A stretch of 64,000 nucleotides of DNA from contig JBHGNT010000002.1 of assembly GCA_043228905.1 (NCBI GenBank), positions 6,386,001-6,450,000 of the forward strand. Reading direction: 5' to 3'. Positions 12,422-23,919 of this stretch are shown in pieces (position 1 is the first letter of the stretch; each line of letters opens with the position of its first letter). This DNA is from Azolla caroliniana (lineage: Eukaryota; Plantae; Polypodiophyta). Position numbers and translations under genes: made by a program. Below the pieces are notes generated by a model. That model worked only from the letters and a program-made list of their open reading frames with translations, ran no database searches and was not told the origin of the DNA.

Positions 12422-15400
12422 ATGAGGAGATCGGAGCTAGCAGAGGCAATGGCGGTAGCCATCGACCGGCTAGTAAGCGCTCGTGAGTTGACGGGTACCC
12501 TCGATAGAGCCATTGAATCGATCGTCGGCTCTATAGGCCGGTTCGAAGGGAAAGACGCCACAAGTTATTTGGAGGCTTACGGGGCCGAAATGATCATGAG
12601 GGATATCCCGGAGGGCATGGGAAAGCCTTCGCGTTCTCGCCGGAGGAGATCGGGTGTGTGGACCTGACGATCGTCGAACCGATGGTGATCTTCACGGTAC
12701 CGCATGTACCGTGGAATCTCAAACCAATTCCAGTGCCGAGAGCTCACATCCCGAAGTTGATGGAGCTTCTGAAGCAAAAGGTGGAGATGGGCATCCTCGA
12801 ACCGTCGAGTGCCCCGTATTCGAATCGGTGGTTTACGGTGCCGAAGATGAACGGCACGCTGCGCTTCATTCAGGACCTGCAACCGGTCAATAGGGTGACC
12901 ATCCCCAACGCAGGAATCGGACAGACCATAGACGAGTTCGCGGAGGCCTTCGCTGGAAGGTCGATCTATTCGGTCGATGACTTATACTCGGGGTACGACC
13001 AGTTCTAGCTAGCAGTCGAGAGCAGGGATATCACGACGATGCGAACCCCTCTCGGCCTAGTACTGATGTGTACCCTACCACAAGGTGGGATGAATTTGGT
13101 GGCGCATATGGTGAACGCAATGAACAAGGTGCTCAGGGACTGCATCCCGGACATCACCATGCCATTCTTGGACGACATCCCGATAAAGGGGTGTCCGGTG
13201 GAAGACGCGGACGAGACTATCGGGCCAGACGGATGCCGGAGGTTCATCGTGAACCACATCGACGACTACGAGAAGGTGCTGCAGAAGCTCGAAAATGCAC
13301 GACTCACCTTCTCCGTAGAAAAATCGGTGTTTGGGCACCTGTGCGGGCCCTACGGTAGGAAACCGTCTCCGGCAAAGGTGGAGGCCATCTCGGCGATGAG
13401 GGACGATTGCGGGTCTGTCACGGAGGTTTGCATATTCTTGGGAGCATGCGCGTTCTACCACATCTGGATTCTGCACTACGCGCATGTTGCGGAGCCTCTC
13501 TACGGGCTATTGAAGAAAGGGCATGGGTTTGAGTGGAGGACGGAGCACACGGAGTTGGTCCGGAGACTAAAGGTGGTGCTTACGGTAGCGCTGACCCTCC
13601 GTAAAGTGGTTTACGGCGAGGGTGTTCCCATTTGCGTAACGGTGGACACGAGCCCGATCGGGATCGGGTGGGTAATCAGTCAGGAGGACAAGGACGACGT
13701 TCGATTCCCGATCCGGTTCGGGGCGAAGGTATTGATCGAGTGGCAGTGAGGATACGCCCAAGTTAAGCGCGAGCTTTGGGGTATCGTTTCGGCAGTCAAG
13801 GCCGACAAGGACTATCTGATTGGGACGGAGGTGATCATCGAGACAGACTGCCTGCCGATACTCGGCATGGTTTCCGGATGCGCGATGCCGGACCTAGCAA
13901 TGCTCCGGTGGATAGCGTACATTAAGTCCATAAACCCGGTGATACGGCACATCTCTGGAAAGGACAACGCCATGACCGACATGCTTTCAAGAGCAAGGTT
14001 CAACGACGAAGACGGCATGGTTTCGGATGACGAAGAAGTCGGCGAGGATTTCTTCGGGTCGGCTAACGTAACGACGAGGAAAAGGGACACTCCGGCGCTT
14101 AACGAATTTGACGAAAGTAGGTACGACGGGGAGTGGCTCCAAATCGGGAGGTTCCTACGGATGATGACGTTAGACGCAGCATGGACGAGAGAGGAGGCGA
14201 GCCGGGTACGGAAGAAGGCGTACCGGTTCTTCCTGCGGGATGGGTGCATATGGAGGCACCCAAAGAAGAGAAAGGGCATCCCACTCCAAGTAATGGCAAA
14301 GAAAGAAGAACATGGGAAACTATTGGCGGCATTTCACGAGAGTCCCTGGGCCAGACACCATGGAACGTGGGCCACGTTCGAGAAGCTGAAGGAGAAGTAC
14401 TGGTGGCCGGGGCTGTACCGGGACGTGCATCAGTTCATAACGACTTGTGAAAGCTGTCAGATGCACTCTGTGGTCCGACATCGGGACGAGCTACACCCGA
14501 CTTACCCGCCTATGGTCCATTTCAAGTGGATGGTGGACTTGGTGACGATGCCGATGGGAGTAGGACAGATGCGATACCTGGTGCTTGCGCGGGAAGACTT
14601 AACGAACCAGGTGGAAGGCCGCGCACTACAGAACAAGACAACCGTGGCGGTATGCCGGTTCCTGATCGAAGAGATAGTGTGTCGGTACGGGTGCGTCGGG
14701 AGGATCGTGGCGGACCGGGGAGAGCTAGATGCGAGGGAGGTTGAGGAGCTGTTTGACCGGCTAGGGGTCAAACTCTCCCTCACTACGGCATACAATCCGG
14801 AGGCGAACGGAAAGGTAGAATGTGGGCATGGGCCGATCGTAAAGGCGTTGGTGCGTGCATGCGAAGGGCAGGTTGGGAATTGGCCGCGACTCCTTCCTTA
14901 CACACTATGGGCGGACCGAACTACGCACAGTTCGGTAACAGGGTTTATGCCGGAAGAGCTGATGTATGGACTGAAGCCGATCATGCCGGTGGAACGGATG
15001 GTTTCTTCGTGGGCGGCGGTAGATTGGAAGGACGAGATAAGCCGGGAGGAGTTGCTGGCGGCGCGGATTCGGCAACTCGAGCGGAGGCCGGAGGACATGA
15101 AACGGGCAAAGGAAAAGCTACGAGCGGCAAGGGAACGGAACAAGACCCGGTTCAACCTGACGCACCGGTTGCAACCAAAGAAGATCGAGGAAGGCGACTG
15201 GGTCTTGGTGTACGACAGCAGCCTCAACAATCAGCACAAGGCGGTGCGAAAGTTCGCGAGGAGATGGTTCGGGCCCTACACGGTGATGAGCGCGAATGAC
15301 AACGGCACATACCACCTCGCAGAACTTGACGGGACACGGCTAGCAGTACCGGTGGCCAGGAAGCGGATCAAAGCGTTCAAGAAGTAGTTCGAGGACGAGC

Positions 15401-15477
15401 CGGACCCAGAAGGCGTGGATGAGAGCGATGACGACGACCAATTCGAGCCCGACAAAGAATTGGAGAGCGTCGACTGA
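12422..15477 (+). pseudogene. Gypsy D gag stub fused by deletion to RT-RNase H-integrase
   Basis: YSNRWFTVPK..RFIQDLQPVN, FLDD, VDTSPIGIG, HHCC zinc motif (H..H..CESC), VADRGE and YNPEANG. Confidence 0.9.
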
Positions 15478-15546
15478 AGCCGGTTTTCTTCGGTATCAAC
15501 CCGTCTCTGGCGCATGCCGGTGGATGCACGGTTTGGTGGGGGCGGA

Positions 15547-15978
15547 TGTCATGAAGAAAACCGGCCATAGGCGGATTCGGGCAAAAAGGTACATGAACCG
15601 GCTCTTACACAGATGGACGCATGAATTGATATTTTGATATTGATTCATAAATGGATCAACTGATGTAAATACTAAGTAGTGCACATTTATTAGGAGGGAT
15701 TGTGCGTATCTCTGTCAGAAGGGACAGGGAATAAAGCGATTTGACTAGGAAAAGGGGCACCCCTTTTTGGGAACTATTTAAGGAGAGGAGAGAAGGAAGA
15801 GTGGGGGGATCGCGCGTTAAGGAGGACGAAGTGCTGCAGGACCGAGAGCCAAACTCTGTCTCCTCCTCCGACGGTCATTCTCTGTGGGTATTCTCTGTGG
15901 GTGTGGGGAGTTCGACGCCTCTGCTTCGTGGGTAGCCCGTGCGCTACCAGCAGAGGCTTTTCCTTCTGCTTCGCGACA
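15547..15978 (+). repeat. 3' LTR of Gypsy D
   Basis: TGTC..GACA, direct repeat of 11738-12160. Confidence 0.92.
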
Positions 15979-16708
15979 CCGTCCTGTCCTTTTGGAAGTG
16001 TCCAGGTTTTCCACAATAAAAGCACACAGGCTTACCTCTAGACTTCGATCTGGCGTGGGATTTGTCTGTTCGCTGCAGACTTCTTCTTCGCCGGTCCCTT
16101 CCTCTGTCCATATGTTGAGTCAGATTCGACTCCGTTTGAGACAAGACTCCTTTGTCTTTCCTCCTTGCCTCCTCGTTTAGGATGCTTGTCTTCACCGTCT
16201 ATAAAGACAAGTTCTCTTCTTGATAGGAGGTGTTGAGAGTAACCGCCAGGTTCTCCCAACTTTCCGGTAGTGTGCACATCAGCAGGATGGCATGCATTGC
16301 GTCATCCAGGGGAAACTTGGTCGTTGCAAGTTGATTCACATACCCCATGAATGTGCTGATATGTTCGACGATGCTCTCACTGTCTCTGTATTTCAGCTGT
16401 ACGATTTTTCTCATTAGCGAGGTTCTGTTTAGTGTGTTCTTCCTCTCGTATAGACCCGACAACTTCTACCACATCTCGTGGGCATTCGTGTCATTTGCCA
16501 CATCGACACATTGTCAGATTGTGGCCACCGCCTTCCTATTCAGAAGCTTCCAGTCCGACCCCAATACCCCCTTGGGTATTTCTGCTCTGTCGACTGGCTC
16601 GTACAAGTCTTTAACTATGAGAAGGTCTTTCATCTTTATCTTCCAGTCTACATAGTTATGTAGGTTCAGAACTATCATACCTGGGAAACCGCTAACACCT
16701 CCTTCCAT
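15979..16708 (-). pseudogene. Copia C gag
   Basis: MEGGVSG.., LPESWENL and CFYCGKPGHFQK in ORFs 15944-16708. Confidence 0.88.
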
Positions 16709-16736
16709 GCTTGCACCTCAAGCTCTAATACCAGTT

Positions 16737-17280
16737 TGCTGAGAAATTGTTGCGGAATTTAAATCACAATAGACATACAACGTTGAAATACGAATCACAC
16801 ACGAATACCAGAATAGACAAGATAAACAATGGTGCATAGAGATTTATGTGGAAACTCTAAAACGGGGAAAACCACGAGTGAACAAATTTCTTCACTATAG
16901 TATAGTGGATATACAATACATAGATGATTACAACACTCTGTCGAGTGTATCAGCCGCACAGGGCTCTTTGCATCTGCTGTTACACACACAACTATGGCGC
17001 TGCTCTACCTTCTTTCTCTCACACTCCCTTGTGTTCTACAACTTTTGTTCTTACACACTACAACCTCTACACATAGCATAAAGTTTGCCCAAGTTGTATA
17101 TATATTTACACAACTTTTCGGCTATTTACATACGTAGCCCTCATGGGGCGCACACTTAGACTATTTACAAGAATAGTCACCCGAGTGCCTCATCAACTCG
17201 GCTCTTGTTTTCCAACTCTTCGACTGTCGGCTTTCCGAACTGTCAGATCATCCTCCCACTGGAGGGACATATTCCCAACA
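16737..17280 (-). repeat. 5' LTR of Copia C
   Basis: Adjacent to the PBS. Confidence 0.93.
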
Positions 17281-19920
17281 CATATCACCCTCAGTACCCT
17301 TGGACGGAGAAAGTATGGACCGGTAAGGATGTGTCTTACCGGCATCTGAAGGTGTTCGGGTGTCTCGCTTACGTGCATGTGGCAAAGGACTGGAGAGCAA
17401 TGTTGTATCCAAAGTCCCAGCCCTGCATATTCCTCGGATACGGCGATGATAAGTTCGGCTACTGAGTATGGGATCCGGTCGACAAGAAGGTTTTCCGGAG
17501 TCGAGATATTATCTTCATGGAGGACAAGACCCTTGCCGATTGGGAGTCGGAGAAGAAGATAATGAACTCCGAGTCGACTGCCAAGGATCAGTTTGATGAG
17601 ATTCGAACCTACCCGGCTAGGACCCGGTTGACACTCGAAGAACCGGCCGGTTACGGTGAGGATACCGAACCGGCAGAAGAAGGAGAGGAACAGGACAAGA
17701 CCCCGAATCAGATTCGGATGAAGAATAAACAGAGGAGTCGGTTGCCGAAAGCCAAAGCCAACGATATCCTCTCAGAGAAAGAAGAGCCCCCCGGAGATTT
17801 CCGGATGCAGAGCATGTGTTGCTGACAGATGAGGGGGAGCCAGAAAGCTTCGAAGAAGCGAAGGATGACACCCATAGCCGCAAGTGGTTAAGTGCCATGC
17901 AGGACGAGATGGATTCCCTGCATGAGAACCACACGTATGAATTGGTGGAGTTACCGAAAGGAAAGAGGGCACTCCGAAACAAGTGGGTGTATAAGCTGAA
18001 ACCGGGAGATGTCGGCAACCCCCCAAGGTACAAAGCCAAGATCCTAGTGAAGGGGTTCCAGCAAAAGAAGGGAGTGGACTTCGACAAGATATTTGCCCTA
18101 GTAGTGAAGATGACTTCCATTCAGACGGTATTGAGCATAGCGGCAAGCATGGATCTCGAGGTAGAGCAGTTAGACGTGAAGACGACATTCCTTCACGGTG
18201 ACCAGTGTTATACGTTTTAGGGTTAGGGTTAAGGACGATGATAATCATGATAAAGATAGACATGGTGGTTATGATGATGATGGAGAGTATGGATTGATGG
18301 CGAGAGAGATCATGTGCATTGAGAAGCATTGCGGGGTGGGGGGTGGTGCCTAGGATGGCTCCACCCCCCTCCCAAGGGGATTCAACGTTGAGGGGGAGAG
18401 AGAGAGAAAGAGAGATGACAAGAGAGAGAGAGATTGAGAGAGAAAATGTTCATTCATCTTTCATTCATTCCCCATAAGGGGGTTAAATAGTACAAGAGGG
18501 GGTAGATACATAGGGGTGTAAGCCCCCTCGAGCATTCATACTGGACACTCACTCACACCTCCTCGTATCCATCCACATGCACACACGTGTGCATGTGTTC
18601 ACATACGTATAGACTCACAATTACATTTATGTCCCCTACACATACACAACAACATCATGATAACATTTGACCCTCGATCATCACACTTGACTCTCCGTAC
18701 ATCTCGTACGGGGTAACAACCAGAGGAGATCTATATGCAACAACTAGAGAATTTGTGAAGAAAGGGAAGGAGCGCCTGGTTTGTCGGTTGAAGAAGAGCC
18801 TATACGGACTAAAGCAGGCTCCCCGGCATTGGTACCGGAAGTTTGACTCCTTCATGACCGATCAAGGGTACCACAAGACGCAGGCCGATCACTACGTATT
18901 TGTGAAGAAGTTCGAAGGTGGAGACTTCCTGATACTCCTCCTGTACGTGGACGACATGTTGATTGTCGGACGAGACCTAGTCAAGATACGGATGCTGAAG
19001 AAGGCTCTGAACCGGACCTTCTCAATGAAAGACTTGGGTCCCGCAAGACAGATATGGGGATGCATATCATCCGGAACCGGTCAAAGAAGCAATTGTGGCT
19101 GTCACAAGAGAAGTACGTGACAAAGATGCTTCAGCGGTTCAACATGTCAGATGCTAAACCGGTCGGATCGACACTCCCGGCAAACCACAAGTTATCCGTT
19201 AAGCAAAGCTCGAAGATGAAGGCAGAGAAGGTGGATATGATGAAGATACCATATGCCTCTGCCGTCGGGAGCTTAATGTACACAATGGTGTGTACCCGAC
19301 CTGATATTGGATACGCAGTCGGAGTGGTGAGCTGGTTTATAAGCAATCCCAGCAAGGAGCACTGGAATGCAGTAAAATGGATACTCCGATACTTGAAAGG
19401 CACCTCAACTATGTGTCTCCGATTCGGCTCTGGTAGACCCCAACTTGACGGCTTCACCAATTCGGATATGTCGGCTGATGCGGATACGAGCCGGTCAACA
19501 TCCAGATACGTCACGACATATGCAAGGGGAGTTGTTTCGTGGCAGTCGAGGCTGCAGAAGATGGTTGCGTTGTCAACCACAGAAGTGGAATACATGGCAG
19601 TTGTGGAAGCCGGCAAGGAAATACTATGGATGAAGGACTTCATCGGAGAGCTAGGGATCCGACAAGATGAATACCGGCTCTACTGCGATAGTCAAAGTGT
19701 CATCCACCTTGCAAAGAACGCAACGTATCATTCCAGGATGAAGCGCATCCACTGGAGGTACCACTAGATTCGGGAGTGAGTGGAAGATCAAGAGTTCGTG
19801 CTGACGAAGATCCACACGGAGGAGAATGGGTCAGATATGTTGACCACGGTGCTGACCCCTGACAAGCTAGACGCATGCCAAAAGTGGATCAGACTGATGA
19901 GGCATCCCATGCCAGAGTGA
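17281..19920 (+). pseudogene. Copia B integrase C-terminus, RT and RNase H (interrupted by a solo LTR)
   Basis: Resumes at SPSVPL. LKVFGC, QLDVKTTFLHG, YVDD and CTRPDI motifs. Confidence 0.92.
18206..18718. mobile_element. Solo LTR (513 bp) of an unrelated family
   Basis: TGTTA..TAACA termini with perfect TSD ACCAG (18201-18205, 18719-18723). It interrupts the Copia B RT. Confidence 0.88.
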
Positions 19921-19930
19921 AGGGGGAGTT

Positions 19931-20519
19931 TGTCAAGATCTCGATCCCTCCGGATGGGATGATGAAGGCCCGGTGAGAGCCGGATAATGAGTACCCGACA
20001 AGGAAGACCCGGTAAGAACCGGATGTTGCAGGCCCGATTAGAATCTCTCACCGGATGAAGGGACATATATGTAAATATGTTCCAGAGAGCCCACTAGGGC
20101 TATATTTGTAAATAGCCCGAAATTCATATTAGTATAAATATGACCTAGGGCAAACTCTTGGTTGTTGTTGTCATTATTTGTATAGTGTTATTGGTGTAAC
20201 TGTTGTACAGAGTGAGAGAGAGAGAGAGATACAGAGCAAGTCTCTGTTGTAACTGCCGTCAGGCGAAGTGAGAGAGCAAGAGGTCGTTGCCTCTATGTTC
20301 CTCTGTCCTTACATAGTGATAGTTGGAGTTTGTGGACTCCCATGGTTTTTCCCATTTAGGGTTTTCCACATAAACATATTGTGTACCCTTTCTCATATTG
20401 CTTGTGTGTGCATGCATTTATCTTCATTGCCCATTTCGTCTGTGGTTGTGATAATCATGAAGTGATTGAAGTCTCGATTGTGGCCGAGATATATTCCGCA
20501 TACACATATTTTTGCGTCA
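19931..20519 (+). repeat. 3' LTR of Copia B
   Basis: Follows the PPT and precedes TSD GATGA. Confidence 0.93.
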
Positions 20520-20992
20520 GATGAGCCCACATGCTATCGGTATCAAGGGGTCGTGGTACGTGAAAGCTTCTTCTACACCGAGAAGACATTAGGGGAACGG
20601 GGAGCGTACATTGGCTACAACCCGGTAGATGTAGACGCAGCTAGGATTACGAGTACGGGGAGAACACACAGATGAAGGAACAATAATAGCGAGATTTATA
20701 TTAAATGAGAAAGCTCACAATGAATCCAGTACACGGCTCTCGGCCGGAACAATCTTGTGCAGAGCTAAGCGCTACTATATTAATCCTGCTAATAATCTAG
20801 GTATATCTCCCTCTGCCGAGGTATGCAGGTCTCGGCTTATATAGTTTTCTTGTTTACACAGAGCCGAGCCCTCGACTGATTGTGAGGGGCTCACAACTCG
20901 ACTAATTTAGTTCTACCTATTTCCTCACCTACTTTTCTACCTACCGGCGAGTTTACATATTTTATAATTACATTTTTGGCCTATGGACAACA
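20520..20992 (-). repeat. Main part of the Gypsy-0 5' LTR
   Basis: Its reverse complement (TGTTGTCCATAGG..TTCACGTACCACG..CCGATAG) matches LTR 21145-21601. Confidence 0.8.
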
Positions 20993-21144
20993 ATTAACAG
21001 TGTCGGTTAGTAACCAGTTAAGACCCATTCAATACTACGGTCTATCCATATCTCCCCGTACCACCCTTTGGTGAAGTGTTCCATAGGGACACCCTGTGTT
21101 AGGGCTTGTCCAGCCTAAGGGATAACATAGTTTTTGGCGACCTC

Positions 21145-21601
21145 TGTTGTCCAGAGGACAGAAATGTAAAATTAGGAAATTAGCAAACGCCGAGTCCGAG
21201 TATCACGGGCCACCGACGGCTCGGTTGTGTATTAGGGGAAAAGTTATTTAAACAAGGACCAGTACCTCAGAGAGGGGAGAAGAAAACTTTAGGCAAAAGC
21301 ACTAGCTTAGTCCTTCGTAATAAGATAAACTCGTAAGGTCACCGGCCATAGGCCGTGTTTTGTAATCTTTTCTGTCATAGTAATATATCTGATTTGTGCC
21401 TATTTTTGTTGCATGAGTCTGTGCTTTGATCCATACCTATGAGTTTCACGCCGCCACGTCTATCAAGACCTCGCTAGTGTTTTCTCTCTGAGCCCTGTAT
21501 CTCTCTCGACGCCTCTGTTACGAGCCTTCACGTACCACGCCCTTGAAGACCGATAGACGCAGATCTATCAAAGGTGTTCACCCAAAGGAACAGGTAACAC
21601 A
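21145..21601 (+). repeat. 5' LTR of Gypsy F
   Basis: TGTTG..AACA, homologous to the Gypsy-0 LTR, followed by ATT-TGGCAC. Confidence 0.78.
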
Positions 21602-21899
21602 ATTTGGCACACCCGGTTATAGTTGTGAGTGCACAACGAACATCGTTAAAGGTAACCACCAACCGCCGTTACGGCGCCCTCTCACACCACGAGGTCTCGG
21701 CCACCCGCCCGACGCCCTGAGCCAGTCGAAGGAACTTCCGACTTGGCGGTCACTGACCAATCCTTTCCCGATCAATCGGAGGCTTGTCTAGTGCAATCCT
21801 CGCCACCGGACACTTGATCGCGAGTTCATTCACCACCAGAACCCCCGTCGAGCCCTCCGGAGGTCAATCAACCGGAACTAAACCCCACAATACGACATC

Positions 21900-23853
21900 A
21901 TGCCGTACCCATACCCACGATATACCGATGGACCAGACGCGGAGTCACACGTCCGTGCCTTCATATCCACGTGGCAGGCTAACCACTCCACGCACCGCCT
22001 CACGCCAGCCGAAATCGATGCCTCGAAGATTGCCGAGTTCACACTCTCCCTCGATGGACCGACCGCACGATGGTACTCTCGCCTTGAAATAGGCGAGGCC
22101 ACCACTTTCCAAATCGTGCGCACAAAGTTCCTTGAACTTTTTCATCGCGAGGTGCCTAAACGGGAACTGCTCCGGCAATTCTTCTCTATATGCCAGGAAC
22201 CGCACGAAACGGTCGCGCAGTTCACAATCCGGTTCCAGGATCTCTACAGACAAGTGGCCGATGATGTCTCGGCACAACATATACCAGACACTTTCCTATC
22301 CAGTTTACAAGAGCCTCTACGAACGACTCTCGCACTTACAAATTTCGCCAACCATACTATCGAACAAGTCATAGCACGCGTTCTCGCCCTCGATCGAAAC
22401 CAGCACGACACGGCCTTCTCGATGACATCCTTGCAAAACGCTCTTCCCGAAGAGGACAATCGCTTTCGCCAAGCCCTCCAATGCACTGCATGTTCAGGAT
22501 CAGGGCACCTGGCCCTCGAATGTCCCCACCGACCACAGTGTCCGATCTGTCAGTCTCGAGCTCACACGGTCGAGTAGTGCGAATATAATATGCTGAACCG
22601 CACAACGGTGGCACCGGTCCGCCAGATCGAGCCACGAAATACATACTCTCAGCAGGACGAGCGATATATCTACCGAGACCAGGATAACGACCAAACGCGA
22701 TCCCCGGATCGATGGCGCCGAGACGACGACTACCAACGTGATAACCGTCGTGATTATTATCGCAATGACCAGCACGACGATTATGCTCGATACGATGACG
22801 ATCGCGATGATCGGTATGACCGAAGGAACTCACACATTGATCGGCGAAACGGCAACCGCAACACACGCAACAATAGAAGACCTAATCACAACCGCCGACG
22901 GGACGCTCCTCAACATGACCAGCGCAACTCCAACGCACCTCGGAACAACCCACCACCAAACGAGACCGAGAATCAACAACAACAGCTTCCACACAGACCG
23001 AGCGGACACCAGCAGCTCGGCCAACGTGACATGTTTTAAATGTAATCAACCAGGCCACTACGCCACGCAATGTCCAACAACCAACCGTGGCAAGGCACCC
23101 GCGGTGAACAGTATCATGGCCGATGTTCAAACGGTCACTACCCGGAGTAAAGCGCAGACTACTCAGTGGCAAATCCAGGATGAAGTACGTCAGGCAACAA
23201 AAGAATGGGTCGACACGGCCAATAAAAATAATGTCGTACGCATGCAAACTGACATGAGGGACGGGCCCAGTGAAGTATCACAAACCTCGGCACCATCCAC
23301 GTCGTCGGAGGACGACCAGCTATGGGATGTTCTTACCAACTCCCACATCTCGCTGCCCCTACATAAACTGCTACCACTCATGCCGAGATTTCGGGACACC
23401 CTGGTGGCACTCCAGGCCAATACTAAGGCCGTGACGCCACCGGTACACCTCACCGAAGCAGGAACCGGTCCACCACTCATGGATTCTCAGAACCCAGCTG
23501 TGCGAATCATCATTAAGGGACAAGACCTACACGGATGCATCATCGACGGCGGATCCGGCGTAAACGTTATTAGCGAGTCAACGTGTCTCAACCTCGGCCT
23601 GAATCAATGGGAATCATGCTCCTTTTGGCTTCGGATGGCCGACACCCGCTCCGTTCGCCCCATTGGTTTAATCCGCCATCTCGACTTCACACTTGGAGGC
23701 CACATGTTCACGATCTCGGCCGTCATGCTACGACTGGAGACACAAGGCGCCTACCCAATGTTACTAGGTCGACCATGGTTGCGTACAGCGAATATCAAGC
23801 AACATTGGCAACGCAACATGATCTCGTTCCGAAGAGGAAAGACAAAAGTCTGA
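21900..23853 (+). pseudogene. Gypsy F gag plus protease (stop at 22575, frameshift near 23000)
   Basis: Retrotransposon gag-like region, three CCHC knuckles and the IIDGGSGVN protease motif. Confidence 0.9.
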
Positions 23854-23919
23854 ATCATCACTGAAGAACGAGTCCCCGTCGCCCTCAACACTTCGCCGTT
23901 ATACGCGGAAGGGGTCCAT

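Larger units (their letters stand above)
11738..15978 (+). mobile_element. Ty3/Gypsy LTR retrotransposon 'D' (divergent fungal/algal-like lineage), nested in Copia C
   Basis: LTRs 11738-~12160 (3' end deleted) and 15547-15978. Flanks CCGT/CCGT. PPT ggtgggggcgga. Domain order RT-RH-INT. Confidence 0.92.
8512..17280 (-). mobile_element. Ty1/Copia LTR retrotransposon, family C, nested in the Copia B integrase
   Basis: 544-bp LTRs 8512-9055 and 16737-17280. TSD CAGAT/CATAT. PBS at 16722-16733 and PPT after 9055. Confidence 0.94.
6106..20519 (+). mobile_element. Ty1/Copia LTR retrotransposon, family B, inserted in the Gypsy-0 LTR and itself carrying nested insertions
   Basis: LTRs 6106-6707 and 19931-20519. 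Perfect TSD GATGA (6101-6105, 20520-20524). PBS TGGTATCAGAGC 6711-6722 and PPT agggggag before 19931. Confidence 0.95.
1..20992 (-). mobile_element. Ty3/Gypsy non-chromovirus LTR retrotransposon ('Gypsy-0'), 5' part, split by nested Copia insertions; continues beyond the left edge
   Basis: Gag (1-904 and 5136-5748) is homologous to the plus-strand element at 21900-23300. The 5' LTR is ~6070-6105 joined to 20520-20992 and is homologous to LTR 21145-21601. PBS-like TGGCACGCC at ~6058-6066 (minus). Confidence 0.85.

Noticed and set aside
18215-18234. Interstitial telomere (TTAGGG repeats)
   Set aside because: Only 2-3 units inside a solo LTR; similar short telo-box-like motifs occur elsewhere in the window.
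22980-23040. Programmed frameshift within Gypsy F gag
   Set aside because: The sister element (ORF 196-501) reads through the same region in one frame, so this is a copy-specific indel.
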